A DNA stretch of 61,946 bases, the filler included, from Dirinaria sp. TL-2023a (taxonomy: Eukaryota): NCBI GenBank assembly GCA_051941275.1. It is 2 parts of 2 records of this genome, joined end to end, with 100 filler letters (N's around TTAATTAATTAA, not from the genome) between each part and the next. Parts side by side here need not be neighbours in the genome. Positions count along the whole stretch, not along the records: positions 1 to 30,926 come from JAVEBF010000097.1; positions 31,027 to 61,946 come from JAVEBF010000098.1. One strand, 5' to 3'. The notes beneath the pieces are model-generated. The model was given only the letters and a program-made list of their open reading frames with translations. It ran no database searches and was not told the DNA's origin. Below, piece after piece: positions 25,975-37,917 of the stretch (position 1 is its first letter; each line of letters starts with the position of its first letter). A program made the translations under genes and the position numbers.

Positions 25975-27859
25975 TCTGTTACTATACTTTGTTCAAAAGA
26001 TGTGACAGGAGTGGAAATTTTCGAAGTGCAGCTGTGCTTGGATTCGAAATGAGTCGAGGAAGAGCGAAGACCGGGAGGCGCAAAGTCTCAAGAGCGAGGA
26101 TAGAGAGATATTGGACGAAACACGATTTGGAAAAGCGCTGACTCAAATACGGCCCGTTCTCGATCGGCGTCTGTTCCACTTGGACGAATGAAAAGTTTTC
26201 AAATTGCGCGATGGTGGCAAATTCTCTTTCTCAACCAAGGTACGTTAATTCAACAAGGTACTAGTCTGTTCGTTCCCCCCGATAAACCCGAAAGCCTACA
26301 ATTGCAATTGGCTTGCGGAGCGGTCGCGAGAAGATTTCTATATCTCAACAGGTCTAAGTCGCTGATCACATGGCAGACACTGAATACGATAGCGTCGCTC
26401 TCTCATGTGCCTGATCTGGAAGGACCTATGCGTGTGGTCGCGTGCCTGCCTTTGGGTTGTCTTGTCCGCAGGCGGGCATGCTCCTCTTCATAAAGTATCT
26501 CTATTTTTCAAGGATTCCTGCCACCACCCTATTTTGCTGTTACACCTCCTCCACTTTAGTGCTTAACCCTTCATACATTCCTAGTACTCGTCTCCATCTA
26601 TCATTCTCTCTCTCTCACACGTTTTCCCCTGACCTGTTTAATGCTTAACTTTATGCCTGTCTGCCGGTGATACCTTCGTGGTGATTCGATTCACCATTAC
26701 CTCATCTATTCGTCTTTACTCGAAAACGAGTACCTAGTTGGAGTGGGAAGGGGGAAGGGGCCGCATGGTGGGCTAATAGAGTAGCATGGTCGAGCGATAT
26801 AGAGGCTTCTGCATTGACGATCCTTGAAACCGCGTCTGAAGTGTTGGCATCGCCGTTTCTGCAGCTCTCGATGTCTGTGACTGTTTCGTTCCGATAGGCC
26901 CTGTCACTTTTGAAGCTACGATTGTATATTTGCATCGGCAGAGAACGAACGACGATGCGCAACTGACGAGGAATAGCGTGTGACAAAATGTCTGTCGCTG
27001 CATTTATTAGCAAGTTACTATATTGGTAAAACAGTGGAAATCTGGAACAAATCTGCGACATAGCGTGAATTCCTTTTTCAGAGTGGGAAGGACTAGCAGC
27101 AACGGCTGAATTAGCTGATTGATCGTTCGTACTCGAAACCTTTCATTACGCGAGATATTGCTTTACAGATATTTCATTCGTAAGTGCAAAATTTCGTGAA
27201 TGGGATGCTCTAAGGGAAGTGAAAGCTCGGGCCATTCTCTAGATCCATTGCTTGAGTTTCCAGTTGACTTGTCGATGAATGACAATCATGTGTGGATAGA
27301 TAACCCTGAATTCATCAGAGAGTCTGATCGAAAAACGTCAAACCTTCATCCGAGGAAGGTAATGGTATGAGACAGAGTACCAAGCTCTTTCATAAGTATT
27401 CGCTGCTGATCAAGGTCAGATCGACGTGACAGACGATGAAGTCGCTGGCTCGGAAAAACTCTTGGGTCAGACATTGCATTGTCACGCTCGCTTTTCAGGA
27501 CTGGACCTTTCTTATAAGAGATCTCTGTCCCCCATCCCTATGTACCACTCAAAAGGTCAGAAATCCATCTCTTTTCGAAACTCACATCTTGATATTAGCT
27601 TCCGAAAAGATTCATATCTCTCACTCGTTGCTGGCCAACAAGTTTACAATGTATATCCGTCTATCATCACTCGCCGCTATCATAGGTGCTTTAGGCAGCT
27701 TGAAAATCGTTGTCGCACTGCCTACAGCCTCGAGCCACTTATCTGCTATGGCTTCACCTTCCAACGACTGAATAAGTCAGCTCTCGTTTCCTTAAATCGA
27801 TGGACTGTACGACCATTTTACGCACTTTAATGACACAGTGATATCGCTAAACGCGCTCT

Positions 27860-29509
27860 CTTAGTACAAGTTTTTCTCAAGTCACTAGACGCATCTACGC
27901 TGCTTCTCGCAGATTTTGACGACACGAGCAGAATGCTTATGCGATCTGCAGAGTTTGATCGATCCCCAGTGTTGAAAAACTTGATGTTGAACTTGATGTC
28001 TGACCATCTTATTCATCTGAAAACGAATGCGGCAGCAGATTCAGAATCTGATGACGTCAGTATTTCTAAAGAATGTCGCCAGCTTTATCATTTATCAGGA
28101 CATTTGCTGTCTCATGAACGCTTGAGTCGTCAAGTGTCGTACTGCGAATGATCGTCTCTGGTCTGCAAGCGTCGATGTTAGGAATGCGACGTTGAATGTA
28201 ATGATGGGTTTTACTTTTGAGTCTGAAAATGGGCATAATGCAATCCGATCGATGCTTGAGATGCTGAATGCGCGACAAGATAAAAAAGATGATGACACGA
28301 GTGAGCAGACAGAACGTCGAGATGAACCAATGCAGCCCCTCCAGAGCCATTGAGTTGTGTTTTGCAGACGATGCTAGATCTCATTGAGACTGTAATGAAC
28401 AAATGAGCCTACGTCAAGTGTAAATCGCGGGTAAAAAAGACGACAAATTGTAAAGAGCAGTACATAGCTCTGTAGTGAGAATCATGGAATTGATTCCAAA
28501 AAGATGGAATCATGGAATTGATTATTAGAATTGAGTAGGAATTGATTCCGGAATCAATTCCATGATTCCTGTCACTACAGAGGTACATAGCACAGCAAGT
28601 TCAAGACACGATCAACAGAATGAAACAAGTCACAGCGGAGGACACTGGCTGAGTAAGATTTGCAACAGATCAAATGATACTGAGGAAGATCATACTGACA
28701 TATCGAGATGAACATGCATCTATTTATTTCTCTCGAGTCATCTTTGATAAAGTAAGCACAAGATGACAATGCCGAATTTCGTGTGTATTAGTATTAGACA
28801 GCTGTTTGGAATCATCTTCGCGGGCAGTGAAATGACTGCAACAACCTTATGCTGGCTTGTTAAAGTGCTAATCAATCACGTCGGTGCACAGAGGAAACTC
28901 CAAGATGCACTTCAACGACCTTTTCAGCAAGAAAATGCAGAGAATCGCGATTCTACTATTCAAGAAATTATCAGCACGCGCATATCGTATCTTCACGCGA
29001 CGATGGAGAAAATGCTGCGCTGGAATTGCTATTTTTTTGTTGATCGATAAACGACGATGAATACGAAGTTTCTCGAGTATCGTGCTTCGCGACATATCGT
29101 TGTGCTCGCTCTGCTTGAAGAATTCAGCATGATGAGTTCTGGATTCGATATTGAAGGGCCAAGACGACGGCAGGCATCCAAGCAACGAGGACAAGCGAGG
29201 ATCTCCGTCAACCCAAGCAACATCTCTAATTTCCTGCTCGAGCGCTGGCTTGTACCAGGCGGGAATGACCACGATGAGCAAAGATTCGACCCCAACAGAG
29301 GGCCTCAGCTGGCCTTTTGATTGGGACCCCGAGTGTGTTTCGGTAGGGGATCTGTATATGTGAAGCTCCGAATCTTCCTGACGTTTCTATGCTGGAGATT
29401 GGAGCTTCTGTAGTGCCCGTCGGCTCCATCTAGCTATGATTCAGAGCTTCGTACGACGAATGAACCGAGACAGTGCTATCTGCGGTTACTTGATATGAGA
29501 AAAAGATGA
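27860..29509 (+). pseudogene. Cytochrome P450 pseudogene (multiple stops, MITE insertion)
   Basis: LVQVF...LADF...EFDRS; I-helix LFGIIFAGSEMTATTLCW; degenerate ExxR (MEKMLR); PERW-like FLLERW; heme motif AF*LGPRVCFGR with a stop; C-terminal EPRQCYLRL; intron GTAAGC at ~28752. Confidence 0.9.
28468..28582. mobile_element. 115-bp MITE with terminal inverted repeats and an 8-bp target-site duplication (hAT-like)
   Basis: Ends CTCTGTAGTGA / TCACTACAGAG extend to a ~30-bp imperfect TIR (GAATCATGGAATTGATTCC / GGAATCAATTCCATGATTC); GTACATAG is duplicated at 28460-28467 and 28583-28590. Confidence 0.88.
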
Positions 29510-29658
29510 AAGACAACTCGATGGTCTGCGCCCTATTGACTTGGCGGAGGGCCAAAGCGCTTAGCATCGCTACACGATCGAGGCATTCAGTGTCAGCTCT
29601 GATACCGGCATTGCATAGATCCCATCATTATCTGTTCCTGTCACAAGCCTTGAATAGA

Positions 29659-30651
29659 TCACGCATACTGCCTTGTCTGCTCCTCGCACCATTCCCAGAA
29701 CTCCGCTGCCAGACCTGTACCGCCTTCTTCCTTCGCCTTCAGGCTGCTGAGAAGCTCGAGTTTTGGCGCCGTGTGCCAACGACCCCAGGGAACAACATAC
29801 CTTCCACCATCTGCACAAGTGATTTGCGGGGCTAATCCAGCCCAGAGCTCGGTGTATGCGCCCATCTTTGCCTCATAGAGGAAGGGTGACAGGAGGAACT
29901 TCATCCAGCCAGGCACTGGGTCCAAGGCTTTGGTGTACAGGTTACCCGGATTCTGCGTAATCGACACGACGCCATCATTGCGTACTCGCTTGTAGAGCTC
30001 TGAGGCAAGAAACCAGTTTCCGGCTTTCGAGGCCGCATAGGTCCGGTCCTTGTCTGCGGGATGCTTACCAGGTTCCTGTTCTTTAAGCGAGACGCCGCCC
30101 GGTGGACCGTTGGTTTCGATGAGCAGTGATGAGGTCCAGATGACACGCACGCTGTCCTGGGGCGTAGATTGAGCGGTTTTGATAATGAGGGGTGTGAGAA
30201 GTTTAGTGAACAGGTATGGGCCGAGACAGTTGACGCCCATGTGCGCTTCATAGTCTTGCTTGGTTGTGCTACCGATGGGCGCCTGGGCAATGCCGGCGTT
30301 GTTCCAAAGGATGTCGAGACGCGATTCCTGGGCAAGAAACTGGTTGGCGCTCTCGGAGATGGTGGTGAGATCGTTCAGATCCAGCCGGAGGCTTTTGAGC
30401 TGTGTTGATTTGTCTCTCGGAGGCGCGGGAACGATGGACTTGATCTCCTCGATCGCTGCGGCGATCCTGTCCGTCGAGCGGCTGGCGATGTAGATAGTGC
30501 AGCCGCCTTTGAGATAGAGCATCTTGACAAGCTCGAACCCGACACCCGCATTGCCACCTGTGACGATGATGATCTTGCCGTCGAGCGATGGTATGTTCTG
30601 CTCCGTGAATCGGGGAGCAGGTGGGCGCATCTGCGACCATGTTGCACCCAT
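29659..30651 (-). CDS. Short-chain dehydrogenase/reductase (retinol dehydrogenase-like, secondary-metabolism type), intronless
   Basis: TGGNAGVG, WNNAGI, HMGVNCLGPYLFT, YAASK, QNPGNL, YVVPWGR; first ATG at 30651 (MGATWSQ). Confidence 0.93.
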   Translation of the reverse strand: MGATWSQMRPPAPRFTEQNIPSLDGKIIIVTGGNAGVGFELVKMLYLKGGCTIYIASRSTDRIAAAIEEIKSIVPAPPRDKSTQLKSLRLDLNDLTTISESANQFLAQESRLDILWNNAGIAQAPIGSTTKQDYEAHMGVNCLGPYLFTKLLTPLIIKTAQSTPQDSVRVIWTSSLLIETNGPPGGVSLKEQEPGKHPADKDRTYAASKAGNWFLASELYKRVRNDGVVSITQNPGNLYTKALDPVPGWMKFLLSPFLYEAKMGAYTELWAGLAPQITCADGGRYVVPWGRWHTAPKLELLSSLKAKEEGGTGLAAEFWEWCEEQTRQYA

Positions 30652-30926
30652 GATGGCATTGCGCAATATGAGATGAGCAGCAGCCCTTGCTCCCAATGAA
30701 CCCGTGAAGATGCAGACTTGCGAATGTCAAGAGACGAGCAAGGCAGTTAGTTATCTTAGCAGCAAAGGCTAACTGACCTCGCGTTCGCCCGAATTCGTCC
30801 AGGTGCCTAGTTTAGGCGTACTCACTAGCCGCTTCCGGATAGTGTTCGGACTGTTCGGCATACTGTCCCCGCTCCTGCTTCCTAGCCCCATTATTAAATT
30901 TCCGATTCCCACCCTCCCGGCAAGGT

Positions 30927-31026
30927 NNNNNNNNNNNNNNNNNNNNNNNNNNNNNNNNNNNNNNNNNNNNTTAATTAATTAANNNNNNNNNNNNNNNNNN
31001 NNNNNNNNNNNNNNNNNNNNNNNNNN
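30927..31026. other. Artificial contig-joining spacer (44 N + TTAATTAATTAA + 44 N)
   Basis: Exactly 100 nt, with a palindromic core giving stops in all six frames. Confidence 0.95.
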
Positions 31027-31173
31027 TGCTGCTGCTGCTGCTGCTGATGTATCGGCGCCGATGTCTTCCATATCGATATCTGCGTCCATGGCGCCGTCGA
31101 GCTGTGTTTCGTCCGGTTGCGGTGTTGATTCTGGGTTTTGAGTCGGTGGCGGGGTGGACGTTGAGTCGGTCAT
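31027..31173 (-). CDS. Truncated 5' end of a gene (acidic/Pro-rich N-terminus ending in poly-Ala), cut by the contig end
   Basis: ATG at 31173 in AGGAACAATG context; MTDSTSTPPPTQ...DADIDMEDIG..AAAAAA; (GCA)n repeat at the contig break. Reminiscent of fungal TAF10 N-termini, but that cannot be verified. Confidence 0.55.
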
Positions 31174-31622
31174 TGTTCCTTTTTTTTTTATTTGGTGAGA
31201 AGGTGAGGGTAGTGCACGTGATACGTAGTACAGCAGGAAGGAGTGATTATGTGGATAAGATATTTAAGGTATGAATGGGATTTTGATATTGGAGGAAGGA
31301 GGTAGGTACATATGTACGGAATACCTTTGTTCATTTGGAGGTGATGCATCTCAGCCCTACGAGGCTTTGCGGAAATAAGCGCGCTTCTTGGCATATCAAA
31401 CTATGGGCATGTATTGCCCATTGGCCGCTTCACGATTCATGATTTTGTTGAAGAGGTTCAGATTGCTCAGTATTGCAATAATATGTCGGCAAACAATTGC
31501 TCAATAATACAGGAACACAATTTGGTGTCTTCCCAGAACTCCCTTAACGCCGCGCTTCTCCCCATCCAATCCCACTTCCATTGCAATTCCAGTCAGCTCT
31601 GTACCCGTTTCTGATCCATCTA

Positions 31623-32140
31623 CTAGTTCTTGCTATGTTTATATTGGAAGCGCTTCCTCGTCCTATAATAGTATAAGCCACATCCCAACACAGCTGAAAA
31701 CCATCTTCTACTCCTCAGCCAGGGAAATCACGTACGGGGAAAATTCCCCCAGTTTGTGTCCCACCATGTTCTCTGTGATCGTCACATTGGTGTACATCCT
31801 GCCATTGTGGACTTGGAATCTCAGGCCGACGAAATTGGGGAGAATTGTAGCGGCGCGGGCCTTGGTCTTGATGGGAGGTGCGGACTCGCCCGGTTTGGGC
31901 CACACGATTGGCAGACTGGAAGAGATGGTTGATTTAGTAAAGGCTATTTTAATTTGAAGCGCGCGTGTGCGAAGGGTAGCGAATGTGATGCTGTAGTGAG
32001 AGCAGGTAAATGGGTTGATGCAGGCACTTACGGCACAATATTCGGTCCTGCCTTTGCCTTCAGCACTGAACGTTTGGTTTGAGGGGTTGTGACTGACCTT
32101 TCCACACTGATCGCGCCAGCAGCGCTCTGGTTTGTATCAT
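31623..32140 (-). CDS. RSM19: Mitochondrial ribosomal protein uS19m; exons 32098-32140, 32032-32047, 31736-31915, 31623-31662
   Basis: Spliced product [23 protein letters not shown]...[20 protein letters not shown]...[23 protein letters not shown] carries the S19 signature. Confidence 0.95.
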
Positions 32141-32452
32141 AGTGTCGCACACAAGATTCTCATCACCCAACACGGAACATAGGCCTGACTTCACTTCACA
32201 TGGTGTCAATGTATGATCTTCAAGGTATTTGCTAAGAGAGCTTGCCAAGCTTTTCACAACACGCACCTATGGAGTTATGCAGGGAAGCCGGTTATGCAGA
32301 GGCTAAAATCACTAGCGCCCTTTGTCACGTCTTCCAACACGCAACCGCGTAAAGTGCTCTCATGAGGGACTATTTCTACCTTGCTATTCGCAAGAAAACT
32401 GGTAATGCAATGGTAGTACCGAAATATACAGAACTCAAGCTGTTTGTGAATC
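32141..32452. promoter_or_regulatory. Probable bidirectional promoter between RSM19 and MRE11
   Basis: Divergent start codons only ~310 bp apart. Confidence 0.55.
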
Positions 32453-34820
32453 ATGCCAAGCCTCACAGGTAGATTTGCTCATCCAAAACCCAGTATATTT
32501 ATGGCAATATACATAGTAATACATAGCAGCTGCAGACACAATACGTATCCTCGTGGCCACTGACAGCCATGTCGGCTACAATGAGCGTGACTCAATACGA
32601 GGGGACGATAGCTGGAAGAGCTTTCACGAGGTCCTATGCCTAGCGAAAGAAAAGGATGTGGATATGATCCTGCTCGCAGGCGATCTCTTCCACGAGAATA
32701 AGCCGTCGCGAAAGTCAATGTATCAAGTGATGCGCTCACTGCGCATGAATTGCTATGGAGAGAAACCTTGTGAGCTGGAAATGCTCAGTGACGGCAGCGA
32801 AAATTTTCAGGGGTGCGTGCAGTATTGGTGTTCGAGTCGAAAGGGCTGATGAGCTAAGTAGGTATTTCATAGTGCTTTCAATCACGTCAACTACGAAGAC
32901 CCGGATATCAATGTCTCCATTCCTGTCTTTTCGATACATGGGAACCATGATGATCCTACAGGGGTACGCTGAAACCCTAGTAATTTATCCCTCTTGCTTA
33001 ATTGCTAAAGCTCCCTTAGGAAGGCCACCTGGCAGCTCTAGATCTACTTCAGATATCGGGCTTGGTCAATTACTATGGTAGGACCCTTGAATCAGATAAC
33101 ATCCAGGTCAAGCCCGTGCTGCTCCAAAAGGGGCGTACGAAGCTCGCTCTGTATGGCATGAGCAACGTCAGAGACGAACGTCTCTTTCGGACTTTCAAAG
33201 ATGGCAAGGTCAAATTCTTTCAGCCAGGCACTCAAAAGGATGACTGGTTTAACCTGATGAGTGTCCACCAGAACCAGTAGGACCCTCCAAATGCAGGTGC
33301 AGAACATTGAGCTAACAGATTTCAGTCACCCATACACCGACACGGGATACCTCCCGGAAGAATTCCTGCCTGAATTTCTAGATCTCGTTGTTTGGGGTCA
33401 CGAGCACGAGTGTCTCATAGAACCACGATACAACCCTCAGATGGGCTTTAGCGTGATGCAGCCGGGCTCCTCTGTCGCAACATCGCTCATGCCTCGTGAA
33501 GCCGTTCCAAAGCACGTCGCAGTAGTTAGCGTTACAGGAAAAGATTTCAAGGTAGAACCTATTCGATTGAAAACAGTCAGACCTTTCGTAATGGAGGAAA
33601 TAGTTCTTCAGGAAGATAAGGATTTTAAAAAGCATGTCAAATCAACCACCAATCGAACTCAGATCACCAATCACCTAATTTCCGTCGTTGAGAGACTCAT
33701 AATGCAAGCAAAAGAAGAATGGTCAGAAGCGCAGGATGAACCGGAGCAGGAGGAAGAGCTCGACCCTCCTTTACCGCTGATCCGACTCCGTGTCGAATAT
33801 ACTGCGCCTGGCGGTGGCGCTTACGACTGCGAGAACCCGCAACGCTTTTCGAATCGGTTCGTGGGAAGAGTGGCTAATAAAAACGATGTTGTACAATTTT
33901 ACCGAAAGAAAGTCGGACCAACACGTAGGGCGCCAAACGGTGTTGAGCTGCCTGAAGACTCTGTACTGTCCCAGCTTTCTATTGACACGGTGAAGGTCGA
34001 GAAGGTTGTCCGTGAGTACTTGACAAGGCAGTCTCTAACGATATTGCCTCAAAACTCGTTTGGCGATGCGGTCAGCCAGTTCGTTGACAAGGACGACAAG
34101 CACGCAATGGAGATGTTCGTGTCAGAAAGCTTAGAAGATCAAGTGAAGCATTTACTGAATGTCGACGGGGCCGATGATGACGAGGGTCTTGCTCAAGCCA
34201 TGGATACGTTCAAGGCCAAAGTGGAAGAAGCTTTCGCAGCCGGCCGTCACCGGACAAGAAAGGCCAAGCTTAAGGAGAAGCCTGCCAACTGGGATTCTGA
34301 TCTAAACGGCGAATGGGAGGTGCAACCCGGAGCACTCTACCATTCCGAGGACGAGGACGGAGTATCGGAAGAAGACGCTACGCCTGCCCCCAAGGCGACC
34401 AAAGGGCGAGGAAAGGCAGCAGCACCGCGGAGAGCTGCAACTACGAGGAAGGTTGGGCCAGCGAAAAGTGGCAGAGGCAAGAAGAAGGTTGTGGAGGAAG
34501 ATGAGTCAGAGGACGATGACGACGTTCTCATGCTCGACGGCGAGGAGGACGATGAGAGCGAATTGTTCATCAAGCCAGCTGCGTCGACTCGTGCAGTGAA
34601 GAAGCAACCCGCGCGAAAAGCCGCAGAGCCAGCGAAGCGGACAACGACAAGAGCCGCTCCGAGTAAATCAGCGAAGCAGTCAACGCTCAATTTCTCACAA
34701 ACCAGCACGCAGACTAATGGCCACAGCAAACGAGCGCAGAACATTGTTGATGACATATCGGATGATGATGATGCCTTCGAACCGGTCTCAACAGCCAAGA
34801 CAACCAGAAGCAAGCGATAG
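32453..34820 (+). CDS. MRE11: Double-strand-break repair nuclease Mre11, 5 exons
   Basis: Phosphoesterase motifs TDSHVG, GDLFH, HGNHDD, HQN|H and [25 protein letters not shown]; introns ~32469-32529, 32813-32872, 32964-33019 and 33277-33325. Confidence 0.97.
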
Positions 34821-36211
34821 ACTTGGGTGTCCAGATCAGGGTGAGAAACCAGTCACGCAAACGTTGGCGCAGTGGGATATGTGGATGGCAATACGATGCG
34901 ATTGATCTCATTAGCCAGCGATTGCTTGGAGAGATTGCAGTCGAGTATACGGCTTCAATGAAAGATGGTCAGTATGTCCGCCACGACGGAGAGCTACCAA
35001 ATTTGCTAAAGCTATCCATGAACGCTAGATCAAATTTGTTTTGATTGATAACGCTGCTTACTCTGCTTCTAGTGAATAGATGTACAACTTGGCCTACTGA
35101 GATGAATGAGAGCAGGTACTTGATACCCGTCGTAGCAGCAGGCGGCTCAAAAGAGTGTGTATGTCGGGTCTGGGGCCGTGAGGGGATCCGACCGTCCAGC
35201 GATCTAGAACCTTTGGGCGAAGAATTCGCGTTGTAGTACAATGTCTGTCTCTAGCGATAAGGTAAGATACCAGAGACGGTTTCTGGCTGCAAGCTTCCGC
35301 TACCAAGGTAGTTCCCATTTATGGGGTACCTTATGGCTGCTCTTATTACTTCGTCAATCACGCACAGACTGCCTACCTATGCTTCAGGACCTCCGGAGCA
35401 CACTTCTGGTGCTAAGGTGCCTCCACGCATGCTTCAAACACATCGATAACTTCGTCAATCTTTGCAGGTTCTACTCATATCGGCTTCTCATGTGCAGTTC
35501 TCGTGGTGACGGGTAGTATCGGGCGTATCTCCATGCTGGGTCCCAAAGTCCATATCATCGCAAGGCAAATATGAGCCCTTTTACTGTCTCAGTAAGCAAA
35601 ATGTCTCGAAGATAGAAGTAGGTACATGAATAATGTAGATAGAAGTATCTTGCATTACCTTCCGTGCTTTAAGGTTTCCACTTTCGTCAACACGTGCAGC
35701 GAATGATGAGCCGGATGGAAGTGCCAGAGTTCTAGATCGCTACTTTAATGGAAACCCCCCTCCTCTTTCCCGGTAAGCGCGAGGTCCTCAAGCGGCGGGA
35801 CGAGCGTTCATCACAGATCACTACCGAAGCCAGCGGCGGAGGCAGTAGACTGTAGCCTGTAGCCTGTTACCCTACCTTACCCCTCCTTCCCCTATTCCCG
35901 CACTAATCTAGCCCCGTGGGCGATTGGCGATTGCCCCCGATCCATCAGATCCCATGAGTTTGGCCAGACGTCATATTGCGGGGCCACTTCCCTTCCATTT
36001 CTCTCGACCGCGGCTTCGAACGGCACTGGGGGATCATTTTCACCGACCGTAGCAAGAAACATCCCATTAATATTGCCCTTCAGACAGATTGACTTAATTG
36101 TCAATTTCACATTTCATCTTCAATACCTCTGTTCCTTTCCACCACAACCATCCCACTGAATAATTCCGAAGTAAACTTGTAGTAGCTTACCTTATCACGA
36201 TAAACGTCACC

Positions 36212-37917
36212 ATGTCCCTCTTCGAAACTCTAGAAACACCCCAAACGGGCAAATATGAGCAGCCTACTGGCCTGTGAGTGTCACTGCTCATTCCACCCAA
36301 CATTGCATCCTCTCAATTCATCGCTTTTTCGCCCCCTCCATCGCCATAAAAGTAGGACTGACCGCGTTCGCCACAGTTTCATTAACAACGAGTTCGTTAA
36401 AGGCGTCGACGGCAAAACCTTTGAATCTATTAACCCCTCTACCGAAAAGCCCATCGTAGCTGTGCACGAAGCGACAGAGAAAGATGTCGATATAGCTGTC
36501 TCGACCGCCCGCAAGACGTTCGAGGAGTCATGGAGACTGGTTACCCCCGAGCAGCGCGGGAAATACTTGACCAAACTCGCCGACCTTTTCGAGAGAGACC
36601 TCGAGCTGCTGGCGTCCATTGAATCGCTGGACAATGGCAAGGCCTTGAGCATGGCTAAGGTAGATATTGGCATGTGCGCCGGCTGTTTAAGGTACTACGG
36701 CGGATGGGCCGACAAGGTCGAAGGCAAAGTCATGGACACGAACCCAGATACTTTGAACTACACGAGAAAGGAGCCTGTAAGCGAAGCAATGCCTCTCATC
36801 ACTACCATGATTTGGTGCTAAGACAGTTCTAGCTCGGCGTGGTTGGCCAGATTATTCCGTGGAATTTCCCACTGCTTATGTGGTCATGGAAGATCGGACC
36901 CGCCGTCGCATGCGGTAACACCGTCGTCCTCAAGTCCGCGGAACAGACTCCTCTGGGTGCACTCTACGCCTGCAAACTTGTCAAAGAAGCCGGATTCCCT
37001 CCAGGTGTCATCAACGTCCTTTCCGGCTTTGGCAAGATCGCCGGCGCGGCCATATCTGCACATATGGATATTGATAAAGTTGCCTTCACTGGCAGCACAG
37101 TTGTTGGACGCCAGATCATGAAGGCTGCAGCAGGGTCGAATCTCAAGAAAGTCACACTAGAGCTAGGTGGTAAGAGCCCGAACATTGTTTTCAACGATGC
37201 AGACATTGAGAATGCCATCTCGTGGGTCAACTTTGGTATCTTCTTCAACCACGGGCAGTGCTGCTGCGCCGGCTCGAGAATTTACGTGCAGGAAGGAATC
37301 TACGATAAATTTGTTCAGAGGTTCAAGGAGAGGGCACAAAAGAACGTGGTGGGTGACCCGTTCGGCAAGGATACATTCCAAGGACCCCAAGTCTCACAGC
37401 TTCAATATGACCGCATTATGGGGTAGGACCAGAGTCAAGCTGCTTTCAAGTGAAGTAGAAGCTAACTTTCCCTAGCTATATTGATGCTGGCAAAAAGGAA
37501 GGCGCGAAAGTTGAGATTGGTGGGGAACGCCACGGCAAAGAGGGTTATTTCATCCAGCCAACGATCTTCTCCAACGTCAGCGAAGAGATGAAGATAATGC
37601 AGGAAGAGATCTTCGGACCTGTGTGTTCGATCGCCAAATTCAAGGACGAAGCCGATGCGATCCGTTTGGGCAACACCACCACTTACGGCCTGGCCGCTGC
37701 TGTCCACACAGCTAATCTGACCACCGCTGTTCGTGTCTCGAACGCCCTCCGCGCGGGTACAGTCTGGATCAACCAGTACAATATGCTGCACCATCAGATG
37801 CCGTTCGGAGGCTACAAGGAGTCGGGTATCGGCCGCGAACTGGGCGAGGATGCACTGGCCAATTACACGCAGACGAAGACGGTGTCGATCCGCCTCGGTG
37901 ATGCCCTGTTTGGTTGA
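36212..37917 (+). CDS. aldA: NAD-dependent aldehyde dehydrogenase (AldA/ALDH1-2 type), 4 exons
   Basis: [49 protein letters not shown]; introns ~36274-36376, 36777-36832 and 37423-37475. Confidence 0.95.

Noticed and set aside
28478..28570. Repeated GGAATTGATT units resembling a mini CRISPR array
   Set aside because: Irregular spacing, eukaryotic context, and fully explained as MITE internal/terminal repeats
34337..34813. 158-aa antisense ORF within MRE11 (and similar shadow ORFs over ALDH, SDR, APP1, NUD1)
   Set aside because: Antisense or alternative-frame shadows of real coding sequence
35900..36050. CreA-like SYGGRG sites upstream of the aldehyde dehydrogenase
   Set aside because: Plausible, but 6-mers occur by chance and cannot be supported without conservation data
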